A DNA stretch of 21,896 bases, taken from Thermovirgaceae bacterium (GTDB taxonomy: Bacteria > Synergistota > Synergistia > Synergistales > Thermovirgaceae). Made by a program: the position numbers and the translations under genes. How positions within the stretch are numbered: position 1 is the stretch's first letter; each line of letters begins with the position of its first letter. The stretch lies in the NCBI GenBank assembly GCA_046542505.1, contig JBKHBH010000028.1, forward strand, positions 1 to 21,896, in the 5' to 3' direction. The notes below the pieces were generated by a model that was not told the origin of the DNA, made no database searches, and saw nothing but the letters and a program-made list of their open reading frames with translations. This document shows, in pieces, positions 1 to 6,798 of this stretch.

Positions 1-2
1 TG

Positions 3-332
3 CTGCTTTTTTTCCACCTTGGGTGGCTTGAAACCTCGAAAGTTCTGCCCGTGGTGTGGGTACTGGCGGCAACTATCGCCGTCTACCTGTCGGGGCACCT
101 TGTCATTGCCTGGCCGCCGGGGAAGGCTTTTTCAGGAATTGAGGAATGGTCCCGCAACCCTTATGTTTACATAATGTCAGGTGTCTTTATCCTCGCGATG
201 GATTACTGGAACTGGCAAAAGACCGGTCCTGCCTTTTTGGGGATCCCCTTCTGGGTTTGGTATTTTGCTGGCTTGTCGGCCCTTCAGACCTTCGTCATGT
301 TCAAGCTCGTCAGCAAAGGCAGTCCGGAATGA
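3..332 (+). CDS. 3' end of an integral membrane protein (possibly sodium:solute symporter-like), truncated by the window edge
   Basis: Frame is open from position 3 (LLFFHLGWLETSKVLPVVWVL...) to TGA at 330-332. It has several hydrophobic helices and a DYWNW..PAFLGIPFWVWYF tail resembling small symporter-associated membrane domains. Confidence 0.55.
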   Translation: MLFFHLGWLETSKVLPVVWVLAATIAVYLSGHLVIAWPPGKAFSGIEEWSRNPYVYIMSGVFILAMDYWNWQKTGPAFLGIPFWVWYFAGLSALQTFVMFKLVSKGSPE

Positions 333-439
333 AGAAAAGGGAAATGACTGAAGCCTGTAAAACCTGGTTTTGACGTACCGGGGGCGTTGGGCGAGGCAAA
401 AGCATACGTAAAAACCCAGGTACATGTGGACGCCGCGCC

Positions 440-685
440 TTCATGAACGGCATCAGGGACATCAATTCTCCGAAGGTCGAAAAGGTCCGGGGCAAGGGGC
501 TTTTGATCGGCGTGGTCATGAAGGAATCCGCCGGTAAGGCCCGTAAATACACCACAGCCCTCAAGGAAAAGGGACTCCTCTGCAAGGAGACCCACGACTG
601 GATCATCCGCTTCGCCCCTCCCCTGGTGATCACGAAGGAAGAGATCGACCAGGCGCTGGGAATCATCCGCGAAGTCTTGGCCTAG
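440..685 (+). pseudogene. rocD: C-terminal fragment of a class III aminotransferase (ornithine aminotransferase, RocD-like)
   Basis: VRGKGLLIGV...GLLCKETHDWIIRFAPPLVITKEEID is the typical OAT C-terminus. Only ~80 aa are present; an in-frame TGA at 371-373 leaves no room for the PLP-binding core. Confidence 0.8.
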
Positions 686-718
686 AAGGGCATCTCGAAA
701 AAAAAAAGATGAAACCCG

Positions 719-750
719 AAAGACGGCGGTTTAGACCGCCGTCTTTTCTT
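719..750 (+). terminator. Rho-independent terminator
   Basis: Perfect 12-bp stem AAAGACGGCGGT-ttag-ACCGCCGTCTTT with T-rich tail, downstream of the rocD fragment. Confidence 0.85.
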
Positions 751-885
751 GTGCTGTTCTCTATCGTGACATATACATGACAATTTGCCTCGTTGTTGTG
801 ATATAACAATTTTGTAATTTCTTATATTCCCTGAGCCCCGCATTTCGTCTTTTTCATAGCATCGGGTTGAAAGAAGGCGATTGTC

Positions 886-1599
886 ATGAAGGGAAGGTTT
901 TATAATCCTTTGTTCCCGAAAGGTGCCCTGCTGCTTTTGCTGGCCCTTTGGATTTACCCGGTTCAAAGCTCCTTCGCCACAGGCCCGCCGGAAACCATCC
1001 CCGTTTCTATAGCCGCCACCGCCCGGTGGGACGAAATCGTCAAAAGCGAAGACGGTGAAGAACTCAAGCAATACACTGGGTCTCTCCTGATGTTCGTCAA
1101 CGGGACCATGACGCTTGACCGCGAAGGCAGCCCCGTCGTCAGCCGCAAGGGAGCCATGGTCATGCCGACGGAAAGCTACATTCCAGACAGTCTTTCTTTC
1201 TGGTGCGTCTACAACGAGGAAAACTACTCTCTCGACAAGGATTACAAGTGCCGCGACAACCTTCTCTCCCGGTACCACGGCAGCGACGGCGGCACCATTA
1301 CCGACGGCCCCCGCCTGGTGATCACCAGTTTTTCATCGGCGGCGGCCCCTTTCATGGAGAACCTGTCGGAACAGGAAAAGCAATTTGCGGCCCAGCTTCA
1401 GTCCCAGCTGGGAAATCAGATGCCCGACTGGTACCAGTTCGCCGTCGGAGGAGGGACACCAGGTGCTCTTCCCCGGGAGTTCAAACTGAAAGGGATCGGC
1501 GCCAAGGGACCGCCTGACTGCGACTTCGAGGACACGGAAAAAAGCTTTCCCGGGTTCTTGCTGGGAATGCAGATGCAGCTTCCCTCGGGGGGACGATGA
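886..1599 (+). CDS. Secreted hypothetical protein, probably the N-terminal part of a gene split at a G6 run
   Basis: 237-aa ORF with a Sec-type signal peptide (MKGR...ALLLLLALW...SSFA/T) and AGAAGG upstream. It ends ...PSGGR* just after G6 at 1587-1592. Confidence 0.75.
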   Translation: MKGRFYNPLFPKGALLLLLALWIYPVQSSFATGPPETIPVSIAATARWDEIVKSEDGEELKQYTGSLLMFVNGTMTLDREGSPVVSRKGAMVMPTESYIPDSLSFWCVYNEENYSLDKDYKCRDNLLSRYHGSDGGTITDGPRLVITSFSSAAAPFMENLSEQEKQFAAQLQSQLGNQMPDWYQFAVGGGTPGALPREFKLKGIGAKGPPDCDFEDTEKSFPGFLLGMQMQLPSGGR

Positions 1600-2501
1600 C
1601 AGGCTACCGGAGTTGGAAAGCCGACTGCGACGGGTGTTTCCCGCCTTCCTTCGGGCTGTCCGTCTCGGATATGGCGGAATTCGGTGGCGAAAGGCCCTCC
1701 GGCCCGCCCGAAGGCGGAAAGAAAAACGTCACCTACACCATGAGCTGGTACCTGGGCGTGGCCCCCGAACCGGTCACGACAGATCCGGATAAAGAGGAAA
1801 AAGACGATGACTGCGAGAAGCTGCAGAGGGACCTGGCGTTCATCTCCCTCAAGATGGCGGCCTACTCGAACAAGTCTATACGGGAATACTGCAAGAGCCT
1901 TGACTGTGACGCAAAGACCCAAAAAAGTGTTTACCAGGATTCCGTAGAAAAAGCCGTGATGGATGCGATCAACAACAACAAGGACAACTACATGGACCAG
2001 TTGAAGGGCGTTGTGGACGCCAAGGGAGAGGACGTGGCTCCCCAATGGGAGCCGGACTGGACGGAGCAACCGGAAGATCCCGATGAGCCCCTCTGTCCAA
2101 GCGAAAGCCTCGACAACGCAACTGCAACAACCGACATGAAAGCAACGGCATGGGGTTCTGAAGACGGCACGCTCAACAATTTCGACCAACCGCTGGGGGG
2201 AACCAAAATCACCGATTTTTGCACCGGTGGTGTGACGGTCCAGACAACTGACGGGAACGGGAATCCCGCGCTTGGTGACCTGCAAACCATCATGGAATGC
2301 TGGGAAGAAGCTGCCGGCAGCAAACAAGTCGGTGATGCGCGTTTTGAAAGCAAACTGGAGCATGAACGGACCCACGTCGAGGATTATGTCGTCAAGGGGG
2401 AGACCAAGGATGTTGATGACCTAGCAGACAGGGAGCTCAAGGCCACGCAGAAAGAACACGATGTGATCCGCGATAAAATGCAGAAAATGGGCTGTCCGTA
2501 A
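1596..2501 (+). CDS. Acidic, Cys-rich hypothetical protein with C-terminal HExxH motif (putative zinc metallopeptidase domain)
   Basis: 301-aa ORF with ATGA overlap to the upstream ORF and no signal peptide. Contains LEHERTHVEDY...DRELKA near the C-terminus. Confidence 0.7.
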   Translation: MTGYRSWKADCDGCFPPSFGLSVSDMAEFGGERPSGPPEGGKKNVTYTMSWYLGVAPEPVTTDPDKEEKDDDCEKLQRDLAFISLKMAAYSNKSIREYCKSLDCDAKTQKSVYQDSVEKAVMDAINNNKDNYMDQLKGVVDAKGEDVAPQWEPDWTEQPEDPDEPLCPSESLDNATATTDMKATAWGSEDGTLNNFDQPLGGTKITDFCTGGVTVQTTDGNGNPALGDLQTIMECWEEAAGSKQVGDARFESKLEHERTHVEDYVVKGETKDVDDLADRELKATQKEHDVIRDKMQKMGCP

Positions 2502-2509
2502 AGGCCTTG

Positions 2510-2544
2510 CAGGCCCCTCGTTCATGACGCAGGGGCCTGTTTTT
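2510..2544 (+). terminator. Rho-independent terminator
   Basis: Stem CAGGCCCCT (2510-2518) / AGGGGCCTG (2531-2539) followed by TTTTT, just after the stop at 2501. Confidence 0.8.
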
Positions 2545-2575
2545 CCCTCCATAACGGCAGGATCTTACCAAAGGA

Positions 2576-2683
2576 CTCCAGCGCAGGCCGGAGGAGTTGC
2601 CGGTTTCCTTCATAAAGGTCGACGATAACGACAGGGTCCGGGTTCAAGTGGGCCATGACGGGACGGATCGCTTCGTTGTCATC
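2576..2683 (-). pseudogene. Decayed copy of the 3' end of the 3978-4478 gene
   Basis: Gap-free alignment to 3981-4088: 76/108 nt and 18/36 aa identical by hand count (DDNEAIRPVMAHLNPDPVVIVDLYEGNRQLLRPALE vs DDNDVVRAAMAYMNQDPVPDLTLYDENRELIWSALE). An in-frame TAG precedes it. Confidence 0.85.
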
Positions 2684-2832
2684 CTATTCGGCAAACGCGC
2701 CTCCAAGTGCCTCACGAGGACCGCAGGAGTCTTTGAAGCAACCCGCCCGAGACTTTTCCCTGCCGGGCAAAAGTTCTCTTCAAATTCGCCCACTCCCAAA
2801 AAGCAATGCCTTGGCACGTTACATAAGCTGCC

Positions 2833-2861
2833 TTGACGATTTATATTATTTTTCTTACGCT
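2833..2861 (+). promoter_or_regulatory. Putative sigma70 promoter for the 2917 gene
   Basis: TTGACG-17 bp AT-rich spacer-TACGCT, followed by an AAGGAG ribosome-binding site before ATG 2917. Confidence 0.6.
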
Positions 2862-2916
2862 GTATTAAAGAGTTGTAGTTTTTGTCACCTCATTTTGTTG
2901 AAAAGGAGAAAATCAG

Positions 2917-3906
2917 ATGCGTTATATGATCTCCTGCATGATTCTGCTTGTGACCATCTTTTCCGCCGGGCTTGCGTTCGCCGGGGAACAGGATGATTGC
3001 GCAGAGCTCGAAGCCCGGATAGAAGAACTTAGCCAGGAAATCGAGGACTCGACGGACATGAGTGAACTGGCCGCGCTACAAAGCGAATTGAGTGAATTGA
3101 CCGCAGAATATATGGAGCGATGCCTGGGCGGCGGGAGTATCCCATCGTTGCCCTCGCAGTTGACGCTGCTCCCATCTTCTCCCGCCTCTACGCCGGAGAA
3201 GGAAATCGAACGGCAAAGAACAATCATCAACAGCCAGAGGCAGCAAATCGAGCAAAGTCTGGCCTTTATGGAGAGTGACGGTGAAGAACAACTGGTGCCG
3301 GTTCCGCGGGCCCTTCCGGTAAGGGGATCGGTTTTTATAGACGGAGGATTTAAAAGCAAGCCCTATCGAGGTTGGGTCTGGCATGAAATCACCTACGAGG
3401 TTAAGGAATCATTCGTCGGCAACTTGATCATTACAGAATATTTCAGTACGCAAACCGGGGAATACACAGGGGATGTGGATTACAGCATCGCCACCCTGTC
3501 CACCGGCATCGATGTGTTGCAATTCGGGGGTCGGGAATGCCTGAAAGCTTCTGCGGGACTGCCCGGCCGCTGCGTGAAATGGGAATACTACGATGTGTAC
3601 GAGATAGACGAAAGCGAAATCTATCCAGGTTCCCATGCGGAAGTCGTCTTCTCGGAAAAAGAAAAGGATGAGGTCGTGCTGCGCACCAAATCACCCACAG
3701 TCCTCTTCAAGTCCATCAACGGAGAGGCTGTGGATCGGCTTGGCTGTTTCGGTGTCGAAAAGGCCTATTCAGCCGATCTGTTCCAATCGCTGATAGACGG
3801 GGGCAGAATCCAGTTCACCGAGCAGACAGGATCCGACAGCCAGGCGACGCCAGGCTGCAGCGTTGGTTCGATCATCTCCCTGGAAATGAACATCGACAGC
3901 CTGTGA
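2917..3906 (+). CDS. Secreted hypothetical protein (signal peptide, N-terminal helical/coiled region, beta-rich Cys-containing C-terminal domain)
   Basis: 329-aa ORF with strong RBS, signal peptide ending AFA/G, and heptad-like ELEARIEELSQEIE segment. Confidence 0.8.
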   Translation: MRYMISCMILLVTIFSAGLAFAGEQDDCAELEARIEELSQEIEDSTDMSELAALQSELSELTAEYMERCLGGGSIPSLPSQLTLLPSSPASTPEKEIERQRTIINSQRQQIEQSLAFMESDGEEQLVPVPRALPVRGSVFIDGGFKSKPYRGWVWHEITYEVKESFVGNLIITEYFSTQTGEYTGDVDYSIATLSTGIDVLQFGGRECLKASAGLPGRCVKWEYYDVYEIDESEIYPGSHAEVVFSEKEKDEVVLRTKSPTVLFKSINGEAVDRLGCFGVEKAYSADLFQSLIDGGRIQFTEQTGSDSQATPGCSVGSIISLEMNIDSL

Positions 3907-3977
3907 TTGCCGAGATCTCGCATATCCCAAAGCTGTTCATATAAGAGCGGGCATGGTTGTTTTAAGAACACCGTCTT

Positions 3978-4478
3978 TCATTCCAGCGCCGACCAGATGA
4001 GTTCCCTGTTTTCGTCGTAGAGCGTGAGGTCCGGGACAGGGTCCTGGTTCATATAGGCCATGGCGGCGCGAACCACATCATTGTCATCGAAGACATTGAT
4101 GCCCGATCCGTCGCTGTCGACGGACAGGAGCAACCTGGTCTGCCCCCGGCCGTTGTTGAGAACCAAAAAAGACCCGTCGCCGTAGGCGGCAAGGATAGCT
4201 TTGGCCTTTCCATCCTTGCCCATGAGGGCCAAACCCGGCTGGTCCTGGGACGCCCCCAGACGGACCCGGGCGTCGCCGTCTTCGTCAACGAGAAGGATCT
4301 CCCGCGCAACCAGCTGGCTATCGTTTTGCGCCTGGGCGCCACCGAGGGGGCCCATAAGGACAAATGTAAAGACCATGGCGAGAGAAAGGGCTGCCACAGC
4401 CGCCATCAGGCCCTTGTTGTGTCTCTTCTGTTTCCCGAGTTCCTGTTCGATTTGCCTGAGTCTTTCTTCGGTACTCAT
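3978..4478 (-). CDS. Membrane-anchored hypothetical protein with ~22-aa beta-type tandem repeats
   Basis: AAGGAGGA RBS precedes ATG 4478 (MSTEERL...). Short coiled coil, one TM helix, then about five imperfect LxLxDxxGxxRxxL units. Confidence 0.8.
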   Translation of the reverse strand: MSTEERLRQIEQELGKQKRHNKGLMAAVAALSLAMVFTFVLMGPLGGAQAQNDSQLVAREILLVDEDGDARVRLGASQDQPGLALMGKDGKAKAILAAYGDGSFLVLNNGRGQTRLLLSVDSDGSGINVFDDNDVVRAAMAYMNQDPVPDLTLYDENRELIWSALE

Positions 4479-4513
4479 CCGTTTCGTCCTCCTTCGGGTT
4501 TCGGGCACTGTAT

Positions 4514-4714
4514 GAGTCAGGTGTCTGCACTTTTTGTTTTTTCAGTTTTCCTGTTAGCCTCTGGTGCCATTACACCAGGTTCTTGTCCTTCCCCAGCACG
4601 TTCTCAGATCTCCAACAGGCACGATTCCCCCGATTCGGATAGCCCGTAAAGTCTCCCTATCTTTTGGAGCTTCGCGCCGCTGAAACACCAGAGTCAAATG
4701 TACAGATTTGCCCC
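4514..4714 (-). mobile_element. Miniature non-autonomous element, copy 1 (possible Y1/RAYT-like transposase 3' remnant between inverted terminal motifs)
   Basis: Direct repeat of ~5530-5697. Minus strand reads FSGAKLQKIGRLYGLSESG / frameshift / NRACWRSENVLGKDKNLV*. Ends are GAGTCAGGTGTCTGCACTTTTTG (+) and GGGGCAAATCTGTACATTTGAC (-). Confidence 0.55.
4541..4708. repeat. Direct repeat copy 1 (partner 5530-5697)
   Basis: Gap-free, 134/168 nt identical by hand count. Core 4601-4708 is 95/108, with a 31-nt exact match at 4671-4701 = 5660-5690. Confidence 0.95.
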
Positions 4715-4785
4715 CTGGATACTGGAGACTGGCCATTACAGGGTCATGTTTTCGATTTCCAGATGTTTTGGACAGCTATGATCCG

Positions 4786-5133
4786 CTATATTTTTTCGTT
4801 CGCCAAAAGATCTTTCAATCTTTGGATCAGGGTAGGAAGATCTTCTTGGATAATATCCCAGAGAATATCCAGATCGACAGCATCATAACCATGGATCAGC
4901 CGGTTTCTGAGCCCGATCATTTCGGTCCACGGAATATCCGGATATTGTTCTCGGGTCTGGGAAGAAACTTTTGCCGCTGCCTCCCCAATTATTTCGACCA
5001 GTCTTGTGAGGGCCAACTCAAGCTTCCGGTCTGTCGCAAGCGCCTCTCTTGTTGTCTCGCTTGCAAGATTTTTCGCTTCTTCAGCATATTCCATCATATG
5101 TTTCAGTCTTGTGTGATCCTTAGGCTGCATCAT
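4786..5133 (-). CDS. hepT: HEPN/DUF86 (HepT-like) ribonuclease toxin
   Basis: EIIGEAA...IPWTEMIGLRNRLIHGY with an intact Rx4H motif plus the downstream Tyr. Start overlaps the MNT 3' end. Confidence 0.92.
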   Translation of the reverse strand: MMQPKDHTRLKHMMEYAEEAKNLASETTREALATDRKLELALTRLVEIIGEAAAKVSSQTREQYPDIPWTEMIGLRNRLIHGYDAVDLDILWDIIQEDLPTLIQRLKDLLANEKI

Positions 5134-5419
5134 AAATGACCTCGGCATGGAGCTGGACTTCCTCCCGGAAGTCTTTGCTCAGGAATCCTGGAGTATTAAG
5201 ATCTACCTTTCGTCCCAGAAGCTCCGACAACTCCTGTTCCAGAGCAAAAAACCTCAGGCCGACACGTTCCCCGGGCTCAAACTCAACCAGAACATCAACA
5301 TCGCTTTCGGGAGTGAAATCATCTCTCAGGACAGACCCGAAAAGGGCAAGACGACGGATTTTATTCCTCCGGCAGAACCTTACTATCTGCTCCTGTGGAA
5401 TTGTGATCTGGAGACCCAT
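5120..5419 (-). CDS. mntA: Minimal nucleotidyltransferase (MntA-like) antitoxin
   Basis: LFGSVLRDDFTPESDVDVLVEF (GSx10DxD) and LLGRKVDL. GAGGAGGT RBS lies upstream of ATG 5419. Confidence 0.92.
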   Translation of the reverse strand: MGLQITIPQEQIVRFCRRNKIRRLALFGSVLRDDFTPESDVDVLVEFEPGERVGLRFFALEQELSELLGRKVDLNTPGFLSKDFREEVQLHAEVIYDAA

Positions 5420-5451
5420 GGGGCGTGTCACCTCCTCTTTCTTGTTTCTTC

Positions 5452-5481
5452 AGTATATACAAGGTTTGTCAGCCTTGGTAA
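5452..5481 (-). promoter_or_regulatory. Possible promoter of the mntA-hepT operon
   Basis: Minus strand TTACCA-18 bp-TATACT upstream of the RBS. Confidence 0.4.
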
Positions 5482-5497
5482 TAATCCCGGCCAGCTA

Positions 5498-5703
5498 TCA
5501 GGTGTTAGACGACCTACGCCATTTACTGCTTTAGTTTTTCCATTAGCCTCTTGAGGCTTTTCCTCAGATCCTTGCCTGTTTCCACCATATTCTCAAATCT
5601 CCAGCAGCCACGTGTCCCCCGGTTCGGATAGCCCGTAGCGTCTCCCGATCTTTTGAAGATTCGCGCCGCTGAAACACCAGAGTCAAATGTGCAGGTTCCG
5701 TAC
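5498..5703 (-). mobile_element. Miniature non-autonomous element, copy 2 (more degenerate ends)
   Basis: Minus strand reads FSGANLQKIGRRYGLSEPG / same frameshift / TRGCWRFENMVETGKDLRKSLKRLMEKLKQ*. Ends are TCAGGTGT (5498-5505, shared with 4517-4524) and ...ACCTGCACATTTGAC (-). Confidence 0.5.
5530..5697. repeat. Direct repeat copy 2 (partner 4541-4708)
   Basis: Same alignment as copy 1, offset 989 nt. Confidence 0.95.
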
Positions 5704-5941
5704 ATTGGTAGTGTGCAGAGACTGTACCTGATATCCATCAAGGGCACACTCCCGAAATGTCGTTTTTGCTTCATCCATGCTGGCCAGATGGCTTTACACA
5801 GACAAATATATCATGGAGCACCCGGACACGCTGCCACGGCAGGATATATCAAAGTTCCGGGAACGACCCCCGCCTGGACTGAAGCTATGCCTGCCTTTAT
5901 GATGCACATGCACAAGTTCTGATTTTGATACGGAGGCTTGC

Positions 5942-6793
5942 ATGTTTTCAAAGGTCATTTGGCCCCTGAACCTGGAGGAACCCCAAAGCCGGCTCGACGG
6001 CGTGTTCGGCATGCTGAACACTCTTCCGGCTGATCATGTGTCGCTGCTTTACGTCGGAGAGGGGCGACACAACAATAATTCTTCCAGTGAAGATAAACTC
6101 AGAAGACTTCGCGACAGGCTCAGGGGGCACGGATTTAACGTGGAAACCGCCTTCAGAACGGGGCATGTCGCCACCGCTATATGTGGATTCGCAGAAAAAC
6201 AGGATGCCGATTTCATCATCATGCCCTGGAAGCCCAAATCCAGCATCCGCATCGCCCTTTTGGGAAGTGTGGTGCAAGATGTGGTCCGCCTCTCGAACAG
6301 AGCCGTAGCCGTCTGGAAATCAGGGACCCTTTCATTGAAATCCCCGGCAAAAGGTGTGAAAAACATCATGTACGCCACGGCTTTTCAGGCAATCGACAGA
6401 GACGTCATTCATTACCTCGGCCACAAAGCCATGAATGCCGAAAAACTTGTTCTCCTGCACGTGGGTGAAAGAGCTCCCGATCCCAGGGCAGAAGAAAACC
6501 GCCAAAGGAAGGTGCGGGACAACCTCGACCGCCTGGCCGGCGAGTGCTCCCTGCAATACGGACGGATAGAGACAATCTCAGTTCTAGGAAAACCCTCCCG
6601 CCAGATCGTCAAACAGGCACGATCGAAAGAGATCGACCTCGTCGTGGTTGGAAAACTGAACAATCCTGATACCTTCGGGGCAATGATGGGGTCCACGGCG
6701 GAGCAGCTTGTGCACAGTTCGCCATGTTCGCTGCTGGTCATTCCCAGGGGGGCGGCGGAAAAACGTGTGGATGATTCTCGAGAAAAGGACTGA
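5942..6793 (+). CDS. Universal stress protein with two USP domains
   Basis: GHVATAIC...ADFII...ALLGSVVQDVVR and GKPSRQIV...IDLVVVG...MMGSTAEQLVHSSPCSLLVIP. GGAGG RBS. Confidence 0.92.
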   Translation: MFSKVIWPLNLEEPQSRLDGVFGMLNTLPADHVSLLYVGEGRHNNNSSSEDKLRRLRDRLRGHGFNVETAFRTGHVATAICGFAEKQDADFIIMPWKPKSSIRIALLGSVVQDVVRLSNRAVAVWKSGTLSLKSPAKGVKNIMYATAFQAIDRDVIHYLGHKAMNAEKLVLLHVGERAPDPRAEENRQRKVRDNLDRLAGECSLQYGRIETISVLGKPSRQIVKQARSKEIDLVVVGKLNNPDTFGAMMGSTAEQLVHSSPCSLLVIPRGAAEKRVDDSREKD

Positions 6794-6798
6794 ACACG

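Noticed and set aside
698..707. A10 homopolymer as a phase-variation switch
   Set aside because: It lies between a pseudogene stop and its terminator, with no promoter or coding context.
2749..2778. Bulged hairpin GAGACTTTTCCC-tgcc-GGGCAAAAGTTCTC as a recombination site
   Set aside because: Short, single copy, and lacks attC core boxes.
2576..4088. 2576-2683 / 3981-4088 as a DGR template and variable repeat pair (108 nt, at a gene 3' end)
   Set aside because: Mismatches involve all four bases rather than being adenine-specific, identity is only ~70%, and there is no reverse transcriptase in the window.
4541..5697. Direct repeats as a CRISPR array or integron attC sites
   Set aside because: Only two long copies ~1 kb apart, no cas or intI gene, and I see no RYYYAAC...GTTRRRY bounded hairpin.
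5523..5774. 83-aa minus-strand ORF as a real gene
   Set aside because: Only its last ~30 codons are in the remnant's coding frame; the rest is out-of-frame repeat and flank.
5704..5941. Riboswitch (e.g. c-di-AMP) upstream of USP-BCCT
   Set aside because: I could not match conserved motifs of any riboswitch class by eye and see no leader terminator. An Infernal/Rfam scan would settle it.
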